In this document: one piece after another, positions 51,940-64,000 of the stretch
Numbering within the stretch: the first letter of the stretch is position 1
Layout: each line of letters starts with the position of its first letter
Origin: Camelus ferus
Lineage: Eukaryota
Assembly: GCF_009834535.1 (NCBI RefSeq)
Contig: NC_045697.1
Span: 86,802,001 to 86,866,000, forward strand
Length of the DNA: 64,000 nucleotides
Direction: 5' to 3'
Translations under genes and position numbers: made by a program
Notes under the pieces: model-generated
The model's input: the letters and a program-made list of their open reading frames with translations, nothing else
The model's database searches: none
What the model was told of the DNA's origin: nothing

Positions 51940-53811
51940 GTTAGTACCGAGGTGCTTCCACCGACAGAGAAGTCTTTGATGGAGACGTGGGGAACCCTTG
52001 TTTGCTTTTCTGACCTCTTGGGGCCTGAGGAAACGATGAGACTCTAGGGCCTGGTGGGCCTGCTGAATTGGTCTAGCTTCGGTTTACCGTCCAGGATTAA
52101 CAGAGGCGGAGGGGACTGCCCTTTTCTTGCGCCGCTAGACATCCCTGTCTTCACAGTGCCTGGAGCTTGGCCTTTAGCCACTTACCTCCTCCTTGGTTAG
52201 CAGGGATTGTGGCGTGGTAGGCAACATTTCTTTATAGGAGGGGCATAGTGCGGCGGTGTGGTCGGAAGGAAGTGGGCATGGAGCAGGACGGGTCTTGGGA
52301 TGCACTTGAAGCCTCCCTGCAAAGGAAGGAGTTTTTACCTGTGTTGTGGTGTCCTAAACCTGGTCAGGGACCAGCCAGCAAAAGGGTGAGGGAGAAGGAC
52401 TGAGGTGGTAGGAACGAAGGAGTCTGTTAAAACTTCCAACGCTTAATTGCTTATACATCAGCACTTTTTAATGCCTCCGGCAGTGCCTTCTCTTTGAGTA
52501 AATACTTTGTTTTCTAAAAACCGTACTGGATTCTCCAAAAGTGGTTTCAGGAAGAAGATTAACTTTTGCCTAGTCTTTTCCCTTTATCCCCTTGAAGGAA
52601 GGGCAGGAAAAATGCAAACTACATTTTTGAAGTAGTGTCCCAAATCACTTTTCACACTTTAGTAAAAGAAACGTGACACATTTTCCAAAACCATTGTCCT
52701 GACTTGTTCACATTCTACCCCAGGCAGACACCCAAGCCTTGTAATCATTGATTAAAAAAAAAAAAAAAAAACTCAATAGAATTCTGGAAAATAGGTTGTT
52801 CTTATATTACAAGTGTTTTTTCTGTGTAAAGTTACCCCAGTGGAAATTAAAATGATTCAAACTCAAGACACTTTGTGAATTAAGTAAAATGTCCAGTCAC
52901 TTAATTATAGTATATTGATTTTTTAGGCCATTCACTCAGTGAGAAAGTTGCTCTTGATTAGTTTTAAGGACATATACTTCATCTTTACTGCTAATATTAA
53001 AGGGATTTCTGACACCAGAAGTGAATAATGACCAAATATATAGAAACAATTCTAATTTTTAGGCTCTCCTGGATCGAGTTTGATCTCGTGGCAATTAAAA
53101 AGCTGAATAGTGTGTTAATCTGCTTTTGCATCACTCTATGACTTACGCTCTTGTATTTGGGATATTAACGTCTAGTGAAAATGATTTTTTAATTATAGGT
53201 TCAAATTGCAATTTCTAGGTCTTAGGTTGGAAGTACTCAGTCTTGAAAAATAGCTGTTACTAATCTAATTGTACTATGACATTAATAATACTAATCTAGA
53301 AAAATCTTAAACCCATTAGCACTCTTAAATCCACTGAATTTATTTAATGCTTTCTACATGTCATGTACTATGCCAACTACTGGGTAGGTTTGAAAGGAGC
53401 TGAATGTAGAATATAAAGATGAATGAAAACAGGGAACCTACAGAGTAATGGGGAGATGGGCACAGACAGAAGTATGGTGTTTTTAGTTCAGGGTGCTACG
53501 TGCTTTAGTAGATATGTGTAGAAAGTACTTTGGGAGCCCAGGAAGGAGGCACTACTTCTCCCTGGCATCAGAGGAGGCTGTATCAAAAGTGTGGCATTTG
53601 CCTTGGGTCATGAAAAATATCATTTGCTAAGATGAAGAAAGGATAGGATATTCAATCAGAGTATAGCATGTGCAAAAATGAAAATAAATGTACGTTGTAG
53701 TGTGGCAAGATCAGAGGGTTCTTAAGGAGAGGTGGAAGATGAGTCTTATAAATTAGATTGAGGTCAGATTATGGGACACCTATATCAAGCTAGGAATAAA
53801 GACTTTATTTC

Positions 53812-54207
53812 CTATCATGCTAAGTGAAGTAAGTCAGACAGGGAAAGACCATATGATATCACTTATATGTGCAATTTAAAATATGATACAAATGAACTTA
53901 TTTACAAAACAAGACAGACTCACAGACATAGAAAACAAATTTATGGTTACCAAAGGGGAAAGAGGTGGGCGGTGGAGGGATAAATTAGGAGTTTGGGATT
54001 AGCATATTAAAAACTCCTATATATAAAATAGATAAACAACAAGGTCCTACTGTATGGTACAGGGTACTATATTCAATATCCTGTAATAAACCATAATGGA
54101 AAAGAATATGAAGATAAATATATGTGTAACTAAATCACTTTGCTGTACACCTGAAACTAGCAGAACATTGTGAATCAACTATACTTAAATCAAAAATTAA
54201 AAAATTA
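53812..54207 (+). mobile_element. Short LINE-1 3' end in BBS12 intron 1
   Basis: L1 3' UTR and A-rich tail with TSD AAAGACTTTATTTC at 53798-53811 and 54208-54221. Confidence 0.87.
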
Positions 54208-54469
54208 AAAGACTTTATTTCTAAGTTAAGTAGATGTTTTTAGGCAGTGGATCTGATTAGGTTTGTGCTTTTCAAAGATAATTTTGACAACCATAGGAAG
54301 GAGGAACCATTTTGGAAGCAATTAAAGGGCCTCAGCTAAGGCAGTGCCAAATAGAAATCATGTCCACCCAAAGGTGGTTGAAAGTTAAGTTTATACTGGA
54401 AGAATACTGACAGTGGCATTGGTTTAATCTTGTTTCAGTTCTGTACTTAAATTTAAGATAACAAATGTG

Positions 54470-55000
54470 GTGAAAACCATTCATTCATTCACTTGTCAAA
54501 TATTGATTGTTTGCCTAATAATGTGTCAGACAATATTCTCAGTATATGGGATACCTCAGTGACTAAAACTGCCCTCCTGGGAATTACATTCCAACAGTGG
54601 GACATAGTCAATAAACAGTAAATAAGTAAACTATGTACTATTTTATAGGGTGATAATGTTATGGAAAAAAGAAATTAGAGCAGATAAAGGGAACCTAGAA
54701 TGTACTGGGAAAAAGAGGAGTTTGCAGTGTTACATAGGAGGCTCAGGGTGCCCTCGTTGAAAAGGGGAAATTTGCATAAATATTTAAAGGTGGTGAGACC
54801 ATAGATTTCTTGCGGAAGAGCATCCCAGAAAGAGGAAGAGGTAGAACAGAAACACTGAGGTAGGAAGCACGCTTTGCTTGTCCCAGGAACAGAAAGGAGG
54901 CCAGAGAAGAGTGGTCCAGGGAGAGACTAGTAGGAGACAGAAAGAGATAAGAGGGCAGAGTACAGATTACTAGGGCTTTCCCTCGAGTAAAATGGGAAGA
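54470..55000 (-). mobile_element. LINE-2 3' fragment
   Basis: cattcattcattca tail followed by L2-like sequence. Confidence 0.6.
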
Positions 55001-55003
55001 ATT

Positions 55004-55590
55004 TGTTGCCGAAAGATCAGCCCCTGTCCCTGACAAGCCAAGTTGAAACTCAGAGACAGGGTCTTGGAGCTTAGAAGAAAGGAGACAGCTTTATTGCTTT
55101 GCCAGCCAAAGGGGACTCACAGCAGGCTAGTGCCTTCAAAACTGTGAACCCATCTTGGGGCTGGGGCAGGGTGATTATATAGCCGTACCTTAAACAATAA
55201 AGTATCGATAACACTCAACAGAATCATTTTCTTCTCATAAGACTCAGAGTGGTGTCATGGTGTCTCCAGGTGACCAGTAGAGGTTGGTCTTTCAATCTCT
55301 TTAGCTTACAAGACCCAAAGCATGGTCTTCTTGGTAATTCAGGCTATTTTGTAAGGTTACAGTCCCTTGACTTTCTCCCTGGAGAAGGACTCAGAGACCA
55401 AGCATGATTATTACTTTCGATTACTGGAATAAAATAGAAACAGTAAAATTAATAGCTTTATTTTAACAGTGGGCCTGGAGCTGTGAGTAGCAACTGGTTA
55501 GTCAGGTTAGTTGACCGTTTTAAGGGCAAGCATAAACATAAGCAGTTAGCCTAAGTGCGGCCATTTTATTAATTCTCCTTCAGTTTTGCA
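55004..55590 (-). mobile_element. ERV1-type solo LTR in BBS12 intron 1, interrupting an older L2-like element
   Basis: TGTTGCCGAAAG...TTTGCA termini, minus-strand AATAAA ~55091, approximate AATT duplication on both sides. Confidence 0.65.
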
Positions 55591-57039
55591 AAATTTTGAG
55601 CAGAGGAGTGAAAGGATTTGAGTTAATTTTTAAAAGGAACACCTGTGACAAAAGAGTGAGAACTTTATTTTCCAAGTTGGAGGTTTTTAGGCAGTGGAGT
55701 GATATGATTAAGACTTACTGGGAATGGACTGGAGATAGGCAGACTGTTGGTTTTGTAGCTCACTGCACATGTCAGAAAATATTAACCATTGAGAAATGCA
55801 ATTCCTGAAAAGCAATGCATGTCTTAGTATTCTAAACCAAGTACCTTAGATAAGACCAGACGTGATCTTAGGAAAGAAAGCTCCTTCTGATGTCAGAATC
55901 TGAGTGAAGTTGTCTGACTCTGCCCTTCTCTTACACACTTAGGAGGTTAGAGAAATAATAAGCTGGGAAGTACAGTTGTTAGGGGTCCCAGTAATGAAAC
56001 GGAGGGCTGTTTATGGGAAACACTGGCGCAGATGTGCAGCAGAACAGAAATCAGACTGTGTCTGTTCAATGCCAAGAAAAGCCACCAGACTTACTTTTAA
56101 TCTTTGAAAGTATCTATTTCGCCACCCCCTTCACCATCTTTACCTTTTTATACTCATCCTCTTAGAAGATGAGAGATTGTTATTTGAGTTTTTATTTTAT
56201 GTTAATTATATCAAATTGTAATCTCTTCAAAAATAATTTAGGAGCTCTTCTAAACTTAGTATGCTAACGCTGTTTTGTTTTGTTTCTTTAATTACTGCTG
56301 AAACTTGAAATAGATACTTCAAAGGCTGAAACAGATCTCTTGGATACAGCTCTGTAATTGTGATAAGCAGCTGTACGTGACTTTTTGCTTGTAGATTAGT
56401 TTTGTTTAAAAAACTTCATGCCTTCTCAGGGAAACATTTTTTCACATAAAAACAGACTAAGTTTGAAAAGCCCAAGACTTTTTCCTTTTGCTCTGAATTC
56501 TCTATGACTTTTCCACACAAACAGTGATATCTTGTGATTTAAACATAGTATAGAAAGGAAACCATAAACAGAGACTCTGACACCTGAAGAAAAAAAAAGG
56601 GCATGTGCATATTAAGGGTATGAACAAAGCTTGAAAGAAGGCAGAAAGGCTTGGAAATGGGAAAGGCAGTGGAAGATTCTACAGGAGGGTGAATTACTGT
56701 CATGCTGGGTAGAGAGGCAGCCAGAAGGCACTATTGTATAGTAGTTAATGGCGTGGGACTTTGGCATTAGATAAACGTGTGTTTTAGTTCTTTTACTTAC
56801 TAGCCATGAGATTTTATATGTTACTTAATTATTCTTCATTTTCTACATCATTAAAATAGTATAATTTACAGTATAAATTACAGTATAATGATATAAATGT
56901 GTTAATTATAGTATAATAGTTTAATCATATTGTTGCTGTGAGGACTACATTACACAATGTGTGCAAACTGCCTCATACTTAGTAAGCTCCCAAAACATGT
57001 TAGAAATGAAAAACAAGAGCAAAATGCCAGTCTTGTCTT

Positions 57040-58955
57040 TCAGACTTAATCTTTTCAACAAACTGTTCTTGAGCAACTGGATATCCATGAGAGACAAAAC
57101 AACCCCAGTTTGCACCATTTACAAAAATCAGCCTAAGGTGAATTATAAACATTATTGTTATAGCTAAAACAAAAAGAACAAAATTGGAGGACTCACACTT
57201 CCTGACTTCAAAACTTAGTGACAGTAATCAAAACAGTGTGGTCCTGGCTTAAGGATGGACATGAAGACCAATGAAATAGAATTGAGAGTCCAGAAATAAA
57301 CCCATACATCTATTGCCAATTGATTTTTGACAAAGGTGCCAAGACCACTCAATGGGGAAAAGCATAATCTCTTCACTGAATGGTGCTGGGACAATTTGAT
57401 ATCTAAAATCAACATAAAATGTATCAATTAATATATAAGAAATAAAATTGTAAAACTGAGGAAAACGTTGGATTAAATCTTAATAACTTCGGATTTGGCA
57501 ATGGATTCTTAGATAAAACACCAAAAGCATGAGCAACCAAAGAAAAAAATAGACAAATTAGACTTCATTAAAATTTAAAAAATGTATACAGCAAAGTACA
57601 TTATCGAAAAAGTAGAAAATAACAGCCTACAAAATAAAAGAAAATACTTGCAAATCATGTTTTGATAAGGTTCTAGTATCTAGAATATATTAAAAACGCT
57701 TAACAATTCATCAGCAAAAAGACAAACAACCCAATTTTTAAATGGCAAGAGATCTGAATAGATATTTCTCCAAAGAAGAAATAGAGATGGCCAATAAGCA
57801 CATGAAAAGATGCTCAACATCTTTTGAAATCAAAACCACAATGAAATACCACTTTACAGCCACTAGAGTATCTATTATTATAAAACAAAAAGAAAACAAA
57901 AAAAATGGAAGGTAAGTGTTGGTGAGCATACTGGGTTGAATAGTATCCCTCCCTGCAATATTCATGTCCACCCCAAATCTCAGTGATTTTATTTGGAAAG
58001 AGGTATTTGTAGATATAATTAGTTAAGATGAGGTCATACCAGATTAGGGTGGGCCCTAAATCCTGTGATTGGTATCCTTTTAAGAAAGCCATGTGAAAGG
58101 GAGGCAGAGATTCGAGCTATGCCAAGGACCTCCTGGAGCCAGCAGAGCCTGGAAGAGGCAAGGAAGGAGTCCTCCTTAGAGCCTTCAAAAGGAACATGGC
58201 CCTGCAGATACCTTGATTTCAGACTTCTAGACTCCAAAACCATGAGATAATAAATATGTATTGTTGTAAGCCACTGCATTTGTGGTAATTTGGCACAGCA
58301 GCCCTAGGAAACTAATACAGCAAGGGTGTGGAGAAATGAAAGCCTTTGACACTGCTGGTAGTTTATGGTTCAGCTGCTACAGAAAAGTTTGACAGTTCTA
58401 CAGAAACTTAAATGCAGAATTACCATGTGACCACTCCTGGGTGTGTACCCCAAAGAATTGAAAACAGGTACTCAAACACTTGTACACAAATGTTCTTAGT
58501 AGCACTGTTCACAGTAGTCCAGAAATAGAAACAATCCAAATTTCCATCAACGGATAAATGGATAAACAGAGTGACACCCACATACATACAGACATAAAAA
58601 GGAATGAAATACTGACACATAATACAATGTGGATGAACCTCGAAAACATGAATGCTAAGTGAAAGAAACCAGATACAAAAGAATCACATGTGATTCCATT
58701 TATATGAAATACCCAGAGTGGGTAAATCCATAGAGACAGAAAGTAGTTGGTGTTGCCAGGGGCTGGTGGGGAGGAGGACAGGGAGAGACTGCTTAACGGC
58801 TACAGGGTTTTCTCTTGGGCTGATGGGAATGTTTTGGAACAAGATAAAGGTAGTGGTTTTACAACATTGTGAATGTACCAAGTGCCACTGAATTGTATAC
58901 TTTAAAATGGTCATGTTTATGGTAATGAATTTTACCTCAATTTTTTTAAAAAAAA
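57040..58955 (+). mobile_element. Old LINE-1 (L1M-type) ORF2/3' fragment carrying a nested MaLR LTR
   Basis: L1 ORF2 phrases (ggaggactcacacttcctgacttcaaaact; gatttttgacaaaggtgccaag) and an L1MB-like 3' UTR. Confidence 0.82.
57930..58319 (+). mobile_element. MLT1-type MaLR LTR nested in L1
   Basis: gggttgaatagtatccc...gcagccctaggaaactaataca, typical MLT1 termini. Confidence 0.8.
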
Positions 58956-61050
58956 GGCTCAAATCATCTGAAAAATGAAATATAGAATATCCTTTGTATT
59001 CAGGAGTAGACAAAACTTGAAAAAATAGAACCCAGTAGCCATTAAAAAAAAAAGACAAATGGACTAGGAAAATAGATTGCCAGGCAGTATTAAGGACCAC
59101 TTGAGGTTAGGAGTCATGAACTTAAAATGATACCAATCAGCATGGTTGTGTGTGTTTCTCTGTTTGTTTTCAGCTGCCTCAGTGTAAGCATGGAGTGGAC
59201 AGAGTTGGATTTCATCAAGATTAGTGGCTTTGCAAGGTAAGATGAACCAAAAGAGAGAGAAGGGTTTTGAGGGTGTACGTGCAAGAGAGAGATTGTAATG
59301 GGAGTTTAAGCTGAGTTAAGTAGAGAATTGATAATACGGGGTGAAGGACAGTGAAAGTTTGGTAAGGCTAGAGACTGCAAGACCTGGTGGGTCTCCAGAT
59401 TGTTGGAGTCTAGAGTATATTTTGATGCTATCCAGGGATATGTCTGAGTGTATCGAGAGTTTTATTTTTATTTCACGAAATTGAAAATTTCGCAAAAGAG
59501 GTTTTGAAGCTGAGTTCAGACAACTTGTTATGTATGTTCCTAGGCCATCCTGGCTCTTCTAGTCCTTGAAAGCCTGTGGGAAGCTGCTGTTGAGCAGTGG
59601 CTGTGCTGTGGGTTCCTGCAGTCCCCACGCCGTGTCTCCAGCTGCCGTGCTCCGCAGCTTCAGGGATGCTTCTAGGTGTTAGAGAACCAAATTTACCAAT
59701 GCTGTGGCCAGGATTAGAGGAAAGGCAAAACTCTAAGAGTTGTTTGCTTTTTGATATTTTGGATTTAAAAGATTGTGATAAAAAATATACTTGAAGAATA
59801 GTAAAGTCTTAGCATTGGAAGAGAAGCTTGTATTATCTACAGTTTTAGCTCTAGTGCTTTAAGAGCTCATACCTCACAAGACAGGTCATTCTATTGTAGA
59901 CAGCTTCTCAGTTAGTGTGTACTTTGTTAAAGAGTTATTTTTATTGAGCTCAAGTCTTTCTCTTGTAATTTCTTCCTTTTAGTTTTAAATGTGAAGTCTA
60001 AGATATTGTGTGGAAAAAGTCCAATTGCTCTTGAACTTCTTTTTAAATAGACCTTTTCCCCCCTTTATATTCTAACCAGTAACCAGATCTATCCTCTCCT
60101 CTCCGTCCACCTTCCACATCCTCGTCTAGGTGACTGTGCATCTCTGCCTCTGGTCTGGCGCTTATCCAGTCAGTTCTCCACACTGTTACCAGGGTGGTAA
60201 TACATCCAAAACACTTCTACTAGTAATAATAACATTAAAATTATTTAATATTTTTTATATTATAAATTTATGACGATAAGTGCTCATATAGCACTAACTG
60301 TGTGCCAGGCACTGTTCTATGCACTGTATTCATTTATTCCTCATAATACCCTGTGAAGTAGATTCCAATATTATCTTCAATTTTCAGATGTAGAAACAGG
60401 GCAGTGAAGTTAAAAGCTACACAACTAGTACACAGTGGAGACAAGTTCAAATCCAGACTTCTAGATTCAGAGGCCATGCCTTCAGACACCGCAGCAAGCC
60501 GTTTCTTCCTCTCCCTTACTTAAAAAACTCCGTGGTTCCCATGATAGGATGAGGTTTGACACGGTGCGTGATGCCCTTCATGAGCCCTGCCTTTCCCCTT
60601 CTAATGCTTCATCCCCTACTGTTCCCTACTTTATAAAGAATAATTATTATTTACATTCCTGTGACACTAAATTGCCCTTATTACCCCAATACGCTGTTTC
60701 TTCCACATATATGTGCGTGTAGTACCACCTCCTTCAACTTGCTGATTCTTTCACATTATTCTTCAAGACTCATTTTAAGTAGTTGTGTTCTTCTGGAAAC
60801 ACTGCCTGTTGCTTGCATGGAGCACTTCCCCTGTGGGATGACATGTTCCTCCTCCACACACCCATACTTTTGTCATTAATATCATTATAATACTGCCATT
60901 GCACTGACCATATTTAATGGAAACTGCATATGCTGGAAATTCGTCAAAGTCAGAGACATTATCTTCTTTTTCTTGCATAAGCCTCTTTTATAACCATGAA
61001 TTACACTGAATAAAGTTCCAAGTTTTAATTTTGTTTGCAGATGTTGATTC

Positions 61051-63195
61051 ATGGTGATGGCTTGCAGGGTCATAAACAAAAGAAGGCATGTGGGACTTCA
61101 ACAACTTTCATCATTTGCAGAAACTGGAAGGACTTTCCTCGGCCCAGTAAAATCATCCAAATTTGTAATCGATGAAGAGTGTCATGAAAGTGTGTTGATC
61201 AGTTCAACAGTAAGGCTTCTTGAAAGTCTGGATTTAACCAGTGCTGTGGGACAGCTTCTCAATGAAGCAGTTCAAGCACAAAATAACACATACAGAACTG
61301 GAACCAGTACACTTTTGTGTCTTGTTGGTGCGTGGAGCAGTGCTGCGGAAGAATGTCTTCATTTGGGTGTCCCTATTTCATTAATAGTGTCTGTAATGTC
61401 AGAAGGCTTAAATTCATGCATTGAAGAGATAGTTTCCCTGCAAGTACCAATCCAGAATGTATTTGACTGTATCGACAACACAAAGACATTTTCTGGACTT
61501 GAAACACTTAATGTCAGTTTGTACCCTTTTCTACAAATCCCTTCAGATACTGGTTTAATGCAGAAAAAGCATGATCTCAAAGATGTTGCCTCACAGTCAT
61601 TGGTCATATACAGTCTTCCTGGGAGACCAGTTAAATCACCTAAACTCTTTGGGCCTCAGGCTAAGGTTGAAGCAGATAAAAACACATCACAGACTCCTCA
61701 AACTCTGGGAAACAGTCTTCTTGCAGACACCCACTGCAGAAGGTCAGTACTAACCCACAGTAGGCATTTTAGCAGAGCAGATAATAACCAACGGATAAGC
61801 AAACGGGATGGATTTCTAGAGCAACATAGTGCAGCCACACTCAAGACTTACAGATGTAATGACTTGTTAGAGTTGGAGGTGGGTTTGAGTCATGGAGATG
61901 ACAGCAGCATGAAATTAGTAGATGAAGCAGTGCGGCTGCAGTATCAGAACGCAGGTGTGCAACAGGGCGGCCGTGCAGTGCCGTTTCTGTTTGACATATC
62001 AGGAATCTTCACTTGCTGCCTACCAGGTTTACCGGAAACTTTGTCTTGTGTCTGTCCAGGATATGTCACTGTTGTGTCAATATCTAGGACTGCTCTGATC
62101 GAGGAATTGCAGAAGCAGCCTATCCGGGTAGTTCTCGTTGAGGGTGACCTCACAGAGAATTATCGCCACCTGGGATTTAACAAGCCTGCAAATATTAAAA
62201 CAGTATCAGAAAGCATGAAGGTTGAACCAGACAGCTCAGAAGAACTGTGGACAAATCATGTGTTACAGGTATTAATCAAGTTCAATGTGAACCTCGTTCT
62301 GTCACAAGGAAATGTATCTGAATGCCTGATTGAAAAATGCACACACAGTAAGCGGTTGGTCGTTGGGTCAGTGAATGGCAGTGTGATGCAAGCTTTTGCA
62401 GAGGCTTCAGGAGCGGTACAGGTGGCCTACATCACACAAGTGAATGAAAACTGTGTGGGCAGTGGGGTCTGTGTGACCTTCTGGAGAAGCATTCCCTTCG
62501 ATGCTGTAGATGGGACCAGCAGAATGGCAATCTTGTTAAAGACAGAAGGAATGAACTTGGTTACAGTAGTGCTCACTAGCCCAGTCACTGCCCAGATGCA
62601 GACCAAAGAAGACAGGTTCTGGGCTTGTGCCTATCGTCTGCATTATGCTCTAAAAGAGCAAAAGGTCCTCCTTGGAGGTGGCGCAGTTGAATTTTTGTGC
62701 CTTAGCCATCTTCAAATTCTCGCGGAGCAATCTCTGCACAAAGGAAACCAAGACTCTTCAGGATGGTTTCATAATACTTCCTCTTGGCTGGCCTCATCCC
62801 TGGCGCTATACAGACCGACTGTGCTTAAATGCCTGGCCGATGGATGGCACAGATACCTTTCAACTCTCCTGTGTAACACTGCCAGTTACTCATCAGAATT
62901 TGAAGCCAACACATTCATTCAGCATCATCTACAAAATGCTGCAGACTCTGGCTCTCCTTCATCTTACATCTTGAATGAATATAGTAAACGAAAGAGTGGA
63001 ATTTTTAATTCAGGCATTTCAAATAAACTGGAACAGATTCCAAGCGTTTATGACATTGTTACACCAAAGATTGAGGCATGGCGCCGAGCTTTGGATTTAG
63101 TATTGTTAGTACTTCAGACAGACAGTGAAATTATTACTGGACTTGGACGCACACAGATAAAATCACAAGACTCAGAGGGCTTTTTATTTTTATAG
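61051..63195 (+). CDS. BBS12: Bardet-Biedl syndrome 12 protein (group II chaperonin-like BBSome assembly factor), single coding exon
   Basis: Uninterrupted 714-aa [35 protein letters not shown]...DSEGFLFL recognisable as BBS12. It is preceded by a pyrimidine tract and acceptor (ttttgtttgcAG, AG at 61039-61040), lies head-to-head with CETN4, and has AATAAA at 63248-63253. Confidence 0.97.
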   Translation: MVMACRVINKRRHVGLQQLSSFAETGRTFLGPVKSSKFVIDEECHESVLISSTVRLLESLDLTSAVGQLLNEAVQAQNNTYRTGTSTLLCLVGAWSSAAEECLHLGVPISLIVSVMSEGLNSCIEEIVSLQVPIQNVFDCIDNTKTFSGLETLNVSLYPFLQIPSDTGLMQKKHDLKDVASQSLVIYSLPGRPVKSPKLFGPQAKVEADKNTSQTPQTLGNSLLADTHCRRSVLTHSRHFSRADNNQRISKRDGFLEQHSAATLKTYRCNDLLELEVGLSHGDDSSMKLVDEAVRLQYQNAGVQQGGRAVPFLFDISGIFTCCLPGLPETLSCVCPGYVTVVSISRTALIEELQKQPIRVVLVEGDLTENYRHLGFNKPANIKTVSESMKVEPDSSEELWTNHVLQVLIKFNVNLVLSQGNVSECLIEKCTHSKRLVVGSVNGSVMQAFAEASGAVQVAYITQVNENCVGSGVCVTFWRSIPFDAVDGTSRMAILLKTEGMNLVTVVLTSPVTAQMQTKEDRFWACAYRLHYALKEQKVLLGGGAVEFLCLSHLQILAEQSLHKGNQDSSGWFHNTSSWLASSLALYRPTVLKCLADGWHRYLSTLLCNTASYSSEFEANTFIQHHLQNAADSGSPSSYILNEYSKRKSGIFNSGISNKLEQIPSVYDIVTPKIEAWRRALDLVLLVLQTDSEIITGLGRTQIKSQDSEGFLFL

Positions 63196-63382
63196 TATTA
63201 TTGGCTAAGTGTTTGGAAAATAATCTTTGGTAATATAACATGCTAATAATAAACTTTCTAGTAGCCAAGTTATAGTGCCTAAAATGCCAGCTATTTGCAG
63301 GAAGAAAATATTTGATGTCTGTCAATAACTGTGTAGGGTCTAAAATTCCACTCTATTTATAACATAACAAGTTAGCCTGTTA

Positions 63383-63810
63383 CTGTTGCATAGAATGCTA
63401 CAGAATACATGAGATACTTGGATCAGAGACAAAGGACTTTTATTATTCACAGCAAAAGCAGTAGCCAGAGCTTCGTATTGGTTTGTGTCAATTTCCACAT
63501 TTCTCTGAGTCCCACAAGAGCAACACAAAGGGCCAGTGATGGAAGCCTGTACATGCCGTGTGTTGTGTTACAGAAGTGGGACACTGAGCCTGGGACAGCC
63601 TCTGCTTGTATATAATAAGCAGAAACAATCCTGTTCTTTGTCCAAGGGTAATTGTTACCTCATGCCTCCGGGTTGCTCAGTGTAAACACAAGCCTGAGAC
63701 ATGAGCTGGGTAAAGACAGGTCATGGCGCATGGAGAGAGTATGCAGTGTCACACAGCCCACAATGGACAGCCTCTTCCAACAGTTCACTCCTCAATCTGA
63801 CACATTCTTG
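63383..63810 (-). mobile_element. LTR-like element just 3' of BBS12
   Basis: Starts TGTTG, with ...gagacaaaggacttttattattcacagc typical of a reverse-oriented LTR poly(A) region; family and end unresolved. Confidence 0.4.
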
Positions 63811-64000
63811 GTGAGACTTGAATTTTCATGTGAGTATGCCTCTCTGTTGGCTACTCTAATTAATCTGGCAAACAGGTTGCTTGGTCAATACCAAAGCCAC
63901 TCAGTTGGTCTCATATAGCAATTAAATTAAGGCTACTGTCAACAGATGCTGAGCAGCAAGATGAAGCCAGTCTGTAGTACTGACCTCTGTCAAGTCCCCC

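Larger units (their letters stand above)
51300..52300. promoter_or_regulatory. CpG-rich bidirectional promoter of CETN4 and BBS12
   Basis: Sharp rise in GC and CpG content. CCAAT at 51645, 51702 and 51735; GC box ~51672-51684; ETS-type GGCGGAAGT at 51741; X-box-like GTTTCTTAGCGAC at 51759-51771 and GTTGCTAAGGAC at 51580-51591. Confidence 0.85.

Noticed and set aside
51281..52047. Overlapping ORFs in the CpG island
   Set aside because: Expected in stop-poor GC-rich DNA; no recognisable protein.

Overview
Mammalian genomic DNA, probably from a camelid (inferred from one vic-1-like tRNA-derived SINE), covering the CETN4-BBS12 interval, which lies next to IL2/IL21 in human and mouse. It holds two genes in head-to-head orientation around one CpG-rich promoter (~51,300-52,300). 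CETN4 is an intact 5-exon centrin-4 gene (minus strand, 168 aa, reconstructed by hand); BBS12 has a single coding exon (61,051-63,195, 714 aa). The rest is mostly transposon-derived: L1 fragments with target-site duplications (TSDs), solo LTRs, MaLR, L2, MIR and DNA transposons. The most striking feature is a 5.5-kb class I endogenous retrovirus (ERV) copy at 23,047-28,510 that is not a provirus. It has the R-U5...U3-R-poly(A) structure of the viral RNA and a 12-bp L1-type TSD, so it appears to be an L1-retrotransposed processed copy of an ERV transcript, as known for primate HERV-W. It also has an in-frame loss of reverse transcriptase (RT), no env, a tRNA-Lys primer-binding site (PBS) and an array of 28-nt hairpin repeats in its leader. 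Repeat family names come from recalled consensus sequences, not a database search.
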